Below, in pieces: positions 34,255 through 43,323 of a DNA stretch of 64,000 nt. The stretch covers positions 2,752,001 to 2,816,000 of the forward strand of contig CBDDPY010000002.1 in NCBI GenBank assembly GCA_965232515.1. The letters run 5' to 3'. The stretch is from Alphaproteobacteria bacterium. GTDB taxonomy: Bacteria > Pseudomonadota > Alphaproteobacteria > GCA-2731375. The stretch's first letter is position 1. Every line of letters begins with the position of its first letter. The notes below the pieces were generated by a model, which worked only from the letters and a program-made list of their open reading frames with translations, had not been told where the DNA came from and made no database searches. Position numbers and translations under genes: made by a program.

Positions 34255-35529
34255 TCACCAGAGTCGGATCGGAAACGCCAGGGTCGCATCCAGGTCGGGC
34301 GCGTCCGACGTCAGGCCGACGCCGAGGCTGAAGTCGACCGAGGTCTGGTCCGTCAGGATGTAGGAAAAGCCGAACTGGAACTTGCCGACGGTGCCGGACG
34401 AGCCGGGCACGTCGAAGCCGTCGACGGTGCTCTTGCTCTGGAAATCCTGGCTCCAGCCGAAGTTGATCGACAGATCCGTGCTGAGCGCCACGGCCGACGC
34501 GATGCTGATGCCGACGATGTCGCCGGGGTCGACGTCGCCCACGGGCTTGTCGTCTTCGAGATTGAAGGTATAGCTGAGCGAGGCGATCAGCACGGCCGGG
34601 TCGACCGCCTTGACGAAGGTCACGGTCGGACGGATGGAGTGAAAGCCGGTGCCGAGCGCCAGATCGGCGTCGTTCTCGAACGGATCTTCCGCGGTCGGCG
34701 GTTTCCATTCGATGCGTGCCAATATGTCGGGCCAAGGTCCGCGGGCGAAGAAGACCTGATTGCTGAGGCCGATCTGGATGTCGCCGATGCCGTCGTTCTC
34801 GTCGTCGATCTCCTCGGCCGGCTGCGAGGCCGTAATGCGCTCCGAGCTGACGTAGCGGTAGGGGATGCTGATGTCGGCCTGGCTGTCGAAGGGCAGGCCG
34901 ACCCGGGCGCTGAACTCGCCGATCAGCGTGTCGCGCCGGACGCGCTCGGAAACGATGTCGCCGATCACCAGCACCGGCAGCAGCGCGAAGCCCTCGATGC
35001 TGATCGCGTCGAACGAGGAGTGCGAGTAGGTATAGCTGGTCTCGACCTCGAGGCCGCCCGGCGGCAGCAACAGGAGGTTGCGCCGCTGCAGCGCCGCCTC
35101 CAGGCCCCGGAGGTCTTCGCGGTGGATCACGGCGCCGGTTGAATCGTCCTGCGCGTCGGGCTCGGCCTGCGCGGCGGGCTCGGCCTGCGCCTGCGCGAGC
35201 GGCGGTTTCGGGCGCGGCGCATAGCGCGGCCCACCGAGCGATCCGTCCGGTGTCCGCACGCGCCCGATGCCGTTGATGACGTTGCCGAGATAGCTCGGCG
35301 CAACCGCCGGCGTCAGCGACAGGTTGATCTCGGGCTCGTCATCGCGTTGCGCGCGCTCGCGTTCGAGCTCCCGCGTCAGCGTGCCAACCTGGCCTTCAAG
35401 CCGCTCGATCCGGTCGAGCAGTTCCAGGATCAGCGTGTCGCGCGTGTCGTCGCTTAACGCCTGACCGAAGGCCGGCCCCGCGGCCAAGCCGATACCCGTC
35501 AGCAACGCCGCGAACGCCCGGTGCATCAT
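34255..35529 (-). CDS. fapF: FapF-like outer-membrane beta-barrel transporter with N-terminal coiled coil
   Basis: Signal peptide; coiled coil 'LILELLDRIERLEGQVGTLTRELE'; barrel motifs 'LLPPGGLEVETSYTY', 'GIGDIQIG', 'LGTGFHS', 'DPAVL' and 'GLTSDAPD'; ATGA overlap with the C39 peptidase gene. Confidence 0.78.
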   Translation of the reverse strand: MMHRAFAALLTGIGLAAGPAFGQALSDDTRDTLILELLDRIERLEGQVGTLTRELERERAQRDDEPEINLSLTPAVAPSYLGNVINGIGRVRTPDGSLGGPRYAPRPKPPLAQAQAEPAAQAEPDAQDDSTGAVIHREDLRGLEAALQRRNLLLLPPGGLEVETSYTYSHSSFDAISIEGFALLPVLVIGDIVSERVRRDTLIGEFSARVGLPFDSQADISIPYRYVSSERITASQPAEEIDDENDGIGDIQIGLSNQVFFARGPWPDILARIEWKPPTAEDPFENDADLALGTGFHSIRPTVTFVKAVDPAVLIASLSYTFNLEDDKPVGDVDPGDIVGISIASAVALSTDLSINFGWSQDFQSKSTVDGFDVPGSSGTVGKFQFGFSYILTDQTSVDFSLGVGLTSDAPDLDATLAFPIRLW

Positions 35530-36344
35530 TGCCCGGCGGCATCGAGCCCGCTGCCCGATAGCGATACGGATTGATTGACGATGGAGGTGGTGAAATCGGT
35601 GCCGAAGCCTTCCAGCACCGAGGTAATGCGGCCCGAAAGGGAGCGGCGGGTGCGCAGCTCGAGCCGCCGGCTCATCAACGCGATGTTCCGGCGCTTGTCC
35701 GGAAACAGCAGCTCGACCCGCTCGAGTTCCAGCTCATGCCGGTCGGCACTTTCGGCGCCGCCCGAGCCGTCGAGGATGAAGAAGCCGATGCCGTCCTGCC
35801 AGGCATCGAGGAACTTGTCCCTGCGGATCACCGCATTGCCGACGGCGGGATCGGCGACAAAGACCCGGTCGCCCTTGACGTCCCGGAAGATGACGAAGTG
35901 ATTGAAGCCGAACAGGAACACCGGCACGATCGCCGGCATGTTGAACTCCTGCAGATCCTCGAGCGTCAGCTCGGCATAGCCTTTGGCGTCAAGGCCACGG
36001 GCGACGGCATACCGTTTCAGATCGAGCAGTGAGAAGCCGTCCCGCAGGATCGCGTTCAGCGACCGGCCGGACACCGGCACCAGCGTCTCAACGATCTCGC
36101 GTTCCTCGACCTCCAGGCCGTGCTGATAGCGCAGGATGGTCGCCAACGCGGCGGCACCGCAGGTGAAGTCCCAGTTCTGCCGAACCACCTGATTCTGGCG
36201 GATCTCCTGCAGCGACACGACCGACTTCGTGAAGCGTTGGCCGTTGATGCGAAAATCGGCAGCGTCAGCCGCCGGCGCCGCCGCGGCAACGATGCCGCAG
36301 AACACCAGGACTGACGCCGCTACAAGTCCACATGCAGATCTCAT
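35526..36344 (-). CDS. fapD: stand-alone periplasmic C39 family cysteine peptidase (FapD-like)
   Basis: Signal peptide; 'VRQNWDFTCGAAALATIL' (Cys), 'GFSLLDLKRYA', 'NHFVI' (His) and 'VADPAVGN' (Asp); no ABC domain. Confidence 0.88.
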   Translation of the reverse strand: MRSACGLVAASVLVFCGIVAAAAPAADAADFRINGQRFTKSVVSLQEIRQNQVVRQNWDFTCGAAALATILRYQHGLEVEEREIVETLVPVSGRSLNAILRDGFSLLDLKRYAVARGLDAKGYAELTLEDLQEFNMPAIVPVFLFGFNHFVIFRDVKGDRVFVADPAVGNAVIRRDKFLDAWQDGIGFFILDGSGGAESADRHELELERVELLFPDKRRNIALMSRRLELRTRRSLSGRITSVLEGFGTDFTTSIVNQSVSLSGSGLDAAGQ

Positions 36345-36351
36345 CCCGATT

Positions 36352-36789
36352 TTACTGAAACCCTCCGAGATTGGTCTGCGTCAGATTGTTGACCGTCGAA
36401 TCGACATTGATGTTCAGGTTCATGAGAACCTGGATCACCGCGTTGGCGGCATTGAGATTGACCAGGGCGCTGAGGTTCTGCTGCGCGCTGTCTGACACGT
36501 TGACGCTGCTGGTGACCGTGTTGGTCACGAAGGTCTGCGTCGGTTCCACCACTCCGATCGGAATGGCGCTCAATGTCACGTCCCCGGTGCCATCGACGGT
36601 GAACCGATTCCCCCCGACATCGTCGATCGCAAAGCTGAGTTGATTGGGCGCCGTGCTGGCCACTTCAAACGCGCCGGCCTTCACGGCGTCCAGTTCGTCG
36701 TCTGTCATCTCGCGGCCGCCGGCCTGGCTGACGCCGGCGGCCAACGAGAGACAAGCAACGAGTCCGACTAGCAGTCTTCCATGCGACAT
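36352..36789 (-). CDS. secreted small Asn/Val-rich repeat protein (putative FapE/nucleator-like subunit)
   Basis: Signal peptide ending 'SQA', leader 'EMTDDELDAVKAG' and one repeat 'VNVSDSAQQNLSALVNLNAANAVIQVLMNL'; GGAG RBS. Confidence 0.7.
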   Translation of the reverse strand: MSHGRLLVGLVACLSLAAGVSQAGGREMTDDELDAVKAGAFEVASTAPNQLSFAIDDVGGNRFTVDGTGDVTLSAIPIGVVEPTQTFVTNTVTSSVNVSDSAQQNLSALVNLNAANAVIQVLMNLNINVDSTVNNLTQTNLGGFQ

Positions 36790-36841
36790 GGAGGTATCTC
36801 CCGTCGTTCGAAGCTCGCTAAACCCCCGGAACGGCCGTTGC

Positions 36842-37828
36842 CTAGAACCGTCCCGTAATCACGTTGCTTTGACGCACTGTCCGCGATGAGGTCGTGAACG
36901 ACCCGCCGCAGCACCGGTTGACCCAAAGGTTCGAGCCCGTGCCGACGGCGCTGGAAGCCGCGTTGACGATCTTCAGGCCGGTGGCGTTGCTCTGCGCGGC
37001 GCCCGACAGCGTGACGTCGTCATCGGCGACCTTGGTGATGTCGCCGTTGCCGAGCGAGATCACTTCACCGGTCAGGCCCGTGCCTTCGGCTTCAAGCACG
37101 CTCGCGGCCGCGACGGCGGGCGTCGACGACGTGCCGATGTTGCGATCCGCCGTACAACCGCCACCAAAACAGAAGGCGGCATCGACCGGATCACCTTCCG
37201 ACCCGACTTCGAGGCCTGGACCGGAGAACTCGAACGGCCCAACTTCGATGCCGCCGGCATTGAGGTCTATAAAGGCCTCGCCAGCGACCGCGATATCGGT
37301 GTTGTTGGGCACCGACACCTCGATGACGCCAAGCACGTCGATTTCGAACTGCGCCTGGCTGGCCGAAACCGAACTGGTCGTCTGGTCGGTGTCGAGCGTG
37401 CCGGCCGCGGTCACGGTCGTGAAGTTGTTGAGCGCACCGGCGCCGGCATTCTGCGTCCGACTGGCGACGATCTCGTTGACCTGACTTGTGTCCGCGATCG
37501 TGTTCGAGAAGCTGGAGCTCCCCACCGCGCCTTCTTCGCCATTCTGAATGACGCTGATATTGACGGCGCTACCGATCGCGCTGTCAGCGCTGTTGAACAG
37601 CTCGAGGCCCGTTGCACCCTCCTGGGCATTGCCGTCCAGGTTAATTTCGCCGCGTGCGGAGATATTCACATCTCCGTCGCCCGCCTGGATCACGCCGCCA
37701 CTGAAGTCGGTCTCGCCACCGACAACCTGGGCGAGGCTGTTGTCGGTCATCTCGACCGGACCGGCAAACGCCGGCGTCGCCAGCAGGGCAATCACGCCGA
37801 CCCCTGCCGCTAGTTTTGCTAAAGTCAT
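36842..37828 (-). CDS. secreted Gly/Ser/Thr/Asn-rich two-repeat protein (putative fibre/amyloid subunit 2)
   Basis: GAGGAG RBS; signal peptide ending 'AFA'; 'EMTDNSLAQVVGG'; two ~32-aa repeats; 'NRCC'; C-terminal 'GRF'. Confidence 0.72.
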   Translation of the reverse strand: MTLAKLAAGVGVIALLATPAFAGPVEMTDNSLAQVVGGETDFSGGVIQAGDGDVNISARGEINLDGNAQEGATGLELFNSADSAIGSAVNISVIQNGEEGAVGSSSFSNTIADTSQVNEIVASRTQNAGAGALNNFTTVTAAGTLDTDQTTSSVSASQAQFEIDVLGVIEVSVPNNTDIAVAGEAFIDLNAGGIEVGPFEFSGPGLEVGSEGDPVDAAFCFGGGCTADRNIGTSSTPAVAAASVLEAEGTGLTGEVISLGNGDITKVADDDVTLSGAAQSNATGLKIVNAASSAVGTGSNLWVNRCCGGSFTTSSRTVRQSNVITGRF

Positions 37829-37933
37829 CACCGTCTCCTCAAGAGCATTACCGCGCGGTCCCTGCTCGACCGTGTTTGTGTCGTGCCGACCGCGCTGTCT
37901 CATTACGTTCCCGTTCGTCTAGCGCCGCCGGTC

Positions 37934-38959
37934 CTAGAACCGGACATGCACGCTGTTGAACTGGTTGAGGTTGTTGGCGCCGCCGCTGAACGACCGCGAG
38001 CAGCAACGGTTGACCGACAGGTTCACACCGCTGCCCACGACGCTCGACGCGGCATTGACGACCTTCAGACCGGTGACGCCCTGCTGCGCGTTGTCGGTCA
38101 GGGAAACGACATCCTCGGTCGAGACCTCGATGCCGCCGCCGATGCCGTCTTCGCCTTCGCCGTTGCCGAGGCTGATTACTTCGCCGTGCAGGCCCTGGCC
38201 ACTGGCTTCGACAACCGACGCCGCGGCAACGGCCGGTCCTGACGTCGTGTCGTTTTCGCGACTGGCGTTACAGTTGCCGCCGGTCACGTAGCAGCCGGCG
38301 CCTTCGATGCCGGCATTGAGACTCGGTCCGTTGAGCGAGAAGACATCGACGTCGACGGAGAACGTCTCGATGTTGACCGTGGCGTCGCCTGCCATGGCGA
38401 AGCCCGTGCCTGTCGGCGCCGACACTTCAACGAGTCCGAGCACGTCCACGTCGATGGCGCCGGTGCTGACCGATGAGCTGTTCGTCGTGTTGTCCGTGGT
38501 CGCGATGCCGCTCGTGGTTGCGGTGGTGTAGTTGATGAGCGATTCCGCACTGGCGCTGTGGGCCGAGCTGAGCGTGATGATGTTTTCCTGGATCAAGTCC
38601 AGCGTCGAGTCGCTGGCCGAGCTGGTCGCGCCGGACAATGCCTCGAGACCGTTCTGCTCGACCGCGAGGTTGATACCGCTACCGATGTTGGAATGCGCCG
38701 TGTTGAACACTTCCAGCCCGGTCGCCATGCTCTGGGCGTCGCCCGAGAGATCGACGTCGCCGTTTTCGGTAAGCGTCACATTGCCGTCGCCGGCCGCGAT
38801 GATGCCGCCGGTGGGCGCGAGCGGGGTTTCGACGCTGAGCTCGCCCCCGACAACGCGCGCCAACGCGTCATCGCCCATTTCCTTCGGCGATCCAGCAAAC
38901 GCCGTTGCCGCGCCGAGGCACAGCACGCCGACCGCTGGCGTGAGGTATTTGAATGCCAT
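37934..38959 (-). CDS. secreted Gly/Ser/Thr/Asn-rich two-repeat protein (putative fibre/amyloid subunit 1), paralog of 36842-37828
   Basis: GAGGAG RBS; signal peptide ending 'AFA'; 'EMGDDALARVVGG'; two repeats; 'NRCC'; C-terminal 'VRF'. Confidence 0.72.
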   Translation of the reverse strand: MAFKYLTPAVGVLCLGAATAFAGSPKEMGDDALARVVGGELSVETPLAPTGGIIAAGDGNVTLTENGDVDLSGDAQSMATGLEVFNTAHSNIGSGINLAVEQNGLEALSGATSSASDSTLDLIQENIITLSSAHSASAESLINYTTATTSGIATTDNTTNSSSVSTGAIDVDVLGLVEVSAPTGTGFAMAGDATVNIETFSVDVDVFSLNGPSLNAGIEGAGCYVTGGNCNASRENDTTSGPAVAAASVVEASGQGLHGEVISLGNGEGEDGIGGGIEVSTEDVVSLTDNAQQGVTGLKVVNAASSVVGSGVNLSVNRCCSRSFSGGANNLNQFNSVHVRF

Positions 38960-39330
38960 GGATTCTCTCCTCAACTACCGTGGTTGCAATCGATTCCAGT
39001 CACACCCTGGCGTCAGGGTGCACGATCCGATGCGCTGAAGAGGGCTTCAGACGTGATATGTCGCCACAAGGGCTTAGTATGGAATTTATTCGAGTATTGG
39101 TTTAGTCATGTCGCCCCCTACCGCGCCCGGAGTATCTGTTCCTATGACTTGATACCGTCATGTACCCTTAAGGCGACTACTTTCTTAATATTAACAAAGC
39201 CGAATTTCATTTGTGTGACCAAGAAGTGACATTTCCGAATATTTGGCCATTGACACACCTCAGCGGCATGCGGGGAGGTCATGGCAGCGCTGCGGATTAA
39301 TCGTTTTGCCAAGAGTGGCGCGCATACTAA

Positions 39331-40302
39331 GTGGATGATCCTGAGGCGTTGAAACGCCGAACCGGAGAACGACCCATTACATCCGCCGTTGAGCGTACCG
39401 CCCCGTCGCAGGTGGCGGCATTGCGCGAGCCCGATAGCCGCGACGTGCTGATCGGCATCGGCTTCATGTGCCTGGCGGTCTGCGCACTGCCGGTCTTGAA
39501 CGCGTCCGCCAAGGTGCTGGTGCTGAGCTATCCGGTGGTGCAGGTGATCTGGGCCCGGTTCGCGGGCCACCTGCTTTACGTGCTGATCGCCTTTCTTCCG
39601 CGGCACGGCTGGCGCGTGTTCAAATCGCGCAGTCCGATCCGCCAGCTCGTGCGCTCGACGCTGTTGCTGGCCTCGACCGTGCTGTTCGTCAACGCCCTGC
39701 CCCATCTGCCGCTGGCGACGCTGTCGGCGATTACCTTCACGGCGCCCTTCATCGTCACCGCGCTGTCCGTGCCGATGCTGGGCGAACGCGTCGGCATCCG
39801 GCGCTGGTCGGCCGTTGCCGTCGGCTTTATCGGCGCGCTGATCATCATCCGGCCCGGCACCGAGTCGGCGCATTGGGCGATGCTGCTGGTGATCGGCAGC
39901 GCCAGTTGCTACGCCGTCTACCAGATCCTGACGCGACAGCTCGCCGCCGTCGACCGACCGGAGACCACCATGGTCTATACCGCAATCGTCGGCACCATCG
40001 GCATGAGCTTCGTCCTGCCGGCCCACCTGACCTGGCCGACGGAGACATCGCATTGGCTGCTGTTCGCCGGGCTTGGGCTGTTCGGCGGTCTCGGCCACAT
40101 CTTCGTGGTGAAGGCACTGCAATACGGGCCGGCGTCGGTGATCGCGCCGCTGGTCTATGCCGAGCTGCTGGGGGCAACGTTGCTGGGTTATGCGATCTTC
40201 GGCGATTTCCCTGATGCCATGACCCTGCTGGGCGCCGCCATTATCATCGCCTGCGGACTCTACATCGCCTATCGGGAAGGCGTCCGCCGCCGCGAAGGCT
40301 AA
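39331..40302 (+). CDS. DMT/EamA family transporter
   Basis: About 10 TM segments; 'FTAPFIV', 'LGERVG..RW' and 'IFGDFPD'. Start uncertain. Confidence 0.88.
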   Translation: MDDPEALKRRTGERPITSAVERTAPSQVAALREPDSRDVLIGIGFMCLAVCALPVLNASAKVLVLSYPVVQVIWARFAGHLLYVLIAFLPRHGWRVFKSRSPIRQLVRSTLLLASTVLFVNALPHLPLATLSAITFTAPFIVTALSVPMLGERVGIRRWSAVAVGFIGALIIIRPGTESAHWAMLLVIGSASCYAVYQILTRQLAAVDRPETTMVYTAIVGTIGMSFVLPAHLTWPTETSHWLLFAGLGLFGGLGHIFVVKALQYGPASVIAPLVYAELLGATLLGYAIFGDFPDAMTLLGAAIIIACGLYIAYREGVRRREG

Positions 40303-40796
40303 CCGTCGGCGTCCGGCGCCACCTGCTTGCCGTTCGCCGCGCCGAACAGCGCATCGATGGTCCGGCCGTTGCCGCTGAGCGGCAGGACGATGCTGCGGTA
40401 GCAGATCGTCGTCTTCCGCCGGCTGAGGTAGCGGCCGCCCCAGGACAGCGGCGCGCCGCTGTCCAGCACCTGTCGGCAATGGCTAAGACCGACACCCAAC
40501 AGGCAGTCGTCGGGAACGTCCGAGACCGAACGCCCGACGATATCGACGGCGCAATCGCCGATGACCGACGGGCCGACATCGGCGATCCGCAACTCGTTGC
40601 CGTCCATCGCATGCAGGACGAACCGGTGCGGCCAGGATCCGGGCAGGCTGTCGGGACTCATGTCGGTCAGTGCCGGGTAAGGCCGACTACCGCGCGCGCG
40701 CTGCCAATACCGGTAGAGCCGCGAGACCATGCGGTGCTCGCGCGGCACATGGGCGTCGGCGTCGAGATCGTATAATTGCGTCTGTTGGTCCATCAA
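40299..40796 (-). CDS. PAS_5 (DUF1457-like) single-domain protein
   Basis: 'LYRYWQRARGSRPYP' and 'VLPLS.NG..ID'. Confidence 0.72.
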   Translation of the reverse strand: MMDQQTQLYDLDADAHVPREHRMVSRLYRYWQRARGSRPYPALTDMSPDSLPGSWPHRFVLHAMDGNELRIADVGPSVIGDCAVDIVGRSVSDVPDDCLLGVGLSHCRQVLDSGAPLSWGGRYLSRRKTTICYRSIVLPLSGNGRTIDALFGAANGKQVAPDADG

Positions 40797-40853
40797 CGGA
40801 GCCGCAAGGCGGTTGCGCGGGCGGTGCTGGACCTGAACTTCGGCGCATTATGG

Positions 40854-40869
40854 CTAAGAACCGGTTAAC
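40854..40869. promoter_or_regulatory. putative CtrA box (CTAA-N7-TTAAC, one mismatch)
   Basis: ctaa-gaaccgg-ttaac about 60 bp upstream of the PAS_5 start at 40796. Confidence 0.4.
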
Positions 40870-40911
40870 GCGAGAAAACCCGGCATCATCACACACGCCG
40901 GCGGCTGGCCG

Positions 40912-42591
40912 TCAAAACAGCCCCTCGACCCGTCCTTCCGCGTCGATATGGATCGCTTCCGCCGCCGGCACGCGCGGCAGGCCGGGCATGGTCATGATCT
41001 CGCCGCAGATCACCACCAGGAACTCGGCACCGGCCGACAATCGCACCTCGCGGACCGGCACGACATGGTTCGTCGGCGCGCCCTTGAGGTTGGGGTCGGT
41101 CGAAAAGCTGTACTGCGTCTTGGCGATGCAGACCGGGAAATGGCCGAAGCCCTGCGCCTGCAGGTCGCGGAACTGATTGCGCACTTTCTGGTCGGCGATG
41201 ATATCGTCGGCGCCGTAGATGTTGCGCGCAATGGTGCGGGTCTTGTCCCACAGGCTCATATCGTCGGCATAGAGCGTGCGGAATTGCGACGTGCCGCTCT
41301 CGGCCAACTCGGCCACCCGGGTCGCCATGTCGGTGATGCCGGCGCCGCCACTGGCCCAGTGGTTGCACTCGAACGCCTCGACGCCGAATTCGGCGCAGTA
41401 GCGGCGCACGGCCTCCAGCTCGGCGTCGGTGTCGGCGGTAAAGCGGTTGATGGCGACGACGGCCGGGACGCCATACTGGCCGACGTTGCGCAGGTGCCGG
41501 CCGAGATTGTCGAGCCCGGCCTCGACCGCCGCGACATCCTCCTCGCCCAGCGCGTCGCGGGCGACGCCGCCATGCATCTTGAGCGCCCGAATGGTCGCCA
41601 CGACGACCGCGGCGTCCGGCGCCAGACCGGCCTTGCGGCACTTGATGTCGAAGAACTTCTCGGCGCCGAGGTCGGCCCCGAAACCGGCCTCGGTGACGAC
41701 GAAGTCGGCGAGCTTCAGCGCCGCCTTCGTGGCCATGACCGAGTTGCAGCCGTGCGCGATGTTGGCGAACGGGCCGCCATGGATAAAGGCGGGGCTGTTC
41801 TCCAGCGTCTGCACCAGGTTGGGCATCATCGCGTCCTTCAGCAGCACCGACATGGGACCGTCGGCCTTCAGGTCGCGGGCGTAGACCGGTTCGCGCTCGC
41901 GGGTGTAGCCGACGACGATGTTGCCCAGACGCCGGCGCAGGTCGGCGAGATCGGTCGCCAGGCAGAAGATCGCCATGACCTCGGAGGCGACGGTGATGTC
42001 GAAGCCGGATTCGCGTGGAAAGCCGTTCGCCACGCCGCCGAGATTGATCACAGATTGACGCAGCGCCCGGTCGTTCATGTCGACCACTCGCCGCCAGCTT
42101 ATCCGACGGGCGTCGATCTGCAGGCCGTTACCCCAATAGATGTGGTTGTCGAGCAGCGCGGCGAGCAGGTTGTGCGCGGCGCCGATGGCGTGGAAGTCGC
42201 CGGTGAAGTGCAGATTGATGTCTTCCATCGGCACGACCTGGGCGTAGCCGCCGCCGGCCGCGCCACCCTTCACGCCGAAGCACGGTCCCAGGCTGGGCTC
42301 GCGCAGGCAGATCGCCGCCGCCTTGCCGATCTTGTTCAAACCGTCGCCCAGACCGACCGTCGTGGTGGTCTTGCCTTCGCCCGCCGGCGTCGGCGTGATC
42401 GCGGTGACCAGGATCAGCTTGCCGTCGGGCCGGTCGTTGAGCGCGGCGATATAATCGAGATCGACCTTGGCCTTGTGGGGGCCGTAGCGGAACAGATGTC
42501 CGCCCGGAATGTCGAGGCGCCCGGCAACCTGCTCGATGGGCTGCATTTCGGCTTCGCGGGCAATTTCGATATCTGTCTTTACGTCCGCCAT
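40912..42591 (-). CDS. fhs: formate--tetrahydrofolate ligase
   Basis: '[11 protein letters not shown]', '[11 protein letters not shown]', '[11 protein letters not shown]' and 'MTMPGLP'. Confidence 0.97.
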   Translation of the reverse strand: MADVKTDIEIAREAEMQPIEQVAGRLDIPGGHLFRYGPHKAKVDLDYIAALNDRPDGKLILVTAITPTPAGEGKTTTTVGLGDGLNKIGKAAAICLREPSLGPCFGVKGGAAGGGYAQVVPMEDINLHFTGDFHAIGAAHNLLAALLDNHIYWGNGLQIDARRISWRRVVDMNDRALRQSVINLGGVANGFPRESGFDITVASEVMAIFCLATDLADLRRRLGNIVVGYTREREPVYARDLKADGPMSVLLKDAMMPNLVQTLENSPAFIHGGPFANIAHGCNSVMATKAALKLADFVVTEAGFGADLGAEKFFDIKCRKAGLAPDAAVVVATIRALKMHGGVARDALGEEDVAAVEAGLDNLGRHLRNVGQYGVPAVVAINRFTADTDAELEAVRRYCAEFGVEAFECNHWASGGAGITDMATRVAELAESGTSQFRTLYADDMSLWDKTRTIARNIYGADDIIADQKVRNQFRDLQAQGFGHFPVCIAKTQYSFSTDPNLKGAPTNHVVPVREVRLSAGAEFLVVICGEIMTMPGLPRVPAAEAIHIDAEGRVEGLF

Positions 42592-42619
42592 GGCGTGCTC
42601 CCGTCTTTTGTCTGGAGGC

Positions 42620-43321
42620 CTAGGTTGTAACCAGGTCGAGGACGGCGTTTCGGCCGATTGGCCCGCCGCCGAACTCATTGGCCGCGTCCATCAGGCAGCC
42701 CCAGAGATAATCGGCCGACGCCCAATCGAACAGCAGGTGAAAGCCAGGCACGTCGCCGAGATCGGCGCGAATCACGATTCCGTTGATCCGCGCGACCGAG
42801 GTCTGGGCGACCGCGTCTTCGGCAAACTTGTGCGCGCGCAGATCGACGGCGCAAAGCTTGGCAAACATCTCCACGGCACGCGCGCCGGTAATCAACAGCC
42901 AGGCATGACTGTCGCTGCGGGGCAGCGAATAAACGCCATCGGCCGTATCCATCGACCAGGCCGACATCAGGCGGGCGCAGAGATCGCCGGCAGCCGGCAA
43001 ATCGGACAGCAGCAGATGCTCTTCCACGCTGAGCCGCGCCAGGACCGCGCCGTCGTCCAACCGTCGGGCCAGGTTCGGCGCCGACGGCAGCGTCAGGCCC
43101 TGCAGCTCAAGCCACCCCGGCGCTTCGCGCCCCTTGAATCCGATACGCGGCAGGACGCTCAGATCCGCCAGTCCGAGCGTTCTCGCCCGGGATGTCTCGT
43201 CGGCGCCGTCGAACGACATCGGGATGCAGCCGCCGGCGACGGCCGTCCATTCCGCGCCGGCCGAGGTCAGTACGCGGTGCAGCGGCGACCGCCGGGCGAA
43301 ATCGGCCGGATTGCTCGCCAT
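42620..43321 (-). CDS. mgdD: N-methylglutamate dehydrogenase / sarcosine oxidase gamma-type subunit
   Basis: '[13 protein letters not shown]', 'KLCAVDL', 'AQTSVAR' and 'ADYLW..L.DA'; fourth gene of the operon. Confidence 0.72.
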   Translation of the reverse strand: MASNPADFARRSPLHRVLTSAGAEWTAVAGGCIPMSFDGADETSRARTLGLADLSVLPRIGFKGREAPGWLELQGLTLPSAPNLARRLDDGAVLARLSVEEHLLLSDLPAAGDLCARLMSAWSMDTADGVYSLPRSDSHAWLLITGARAVEMFAKLCAVDLRAHKFAEDAVAQTSVARINGIVIRADLGDVPGFHLLFDWASADYLWGCLMDAANEFGGGPIGRNAVLDLVTT

Positions 43322-43323
43322 GG

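Noticed and set aside
35150-35200. Short tandem repeat (CGGGCTCGGCCTGCGC twice) in the FapF-like gene
   Set aside because: An in-frame duplication encoding the AQAEP linker; too short and too few copies for a CRISPR or contingency locus.
35526-38959. Bacteriocin/RiPP cluster interpretation of the GG leaders plus C39 peptidase
   Set aside because: The peptidase has a signal peptide and no ABC domain, the precursors are 145-342 aa Sec substrates, and there are no modification enzymes, HlyD or immunity genes. A FapF-like barrel fits better.
36842-38959. Large cargo proteins as outer-membrane beta-barrels or autotransporters because they end in Phe
   Set aside because: They lack the aromatic-rich alternating barrel strands. 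Their composition and repeats suggest a solenoid or fibre subunit, although this was not excluded computationally.
38983-38998. Sigma-54-like TGG...TTGCA upstream of the fibre operon
   Set aside because: GG-to-GC spacing is 8 nt rather than the required 10.
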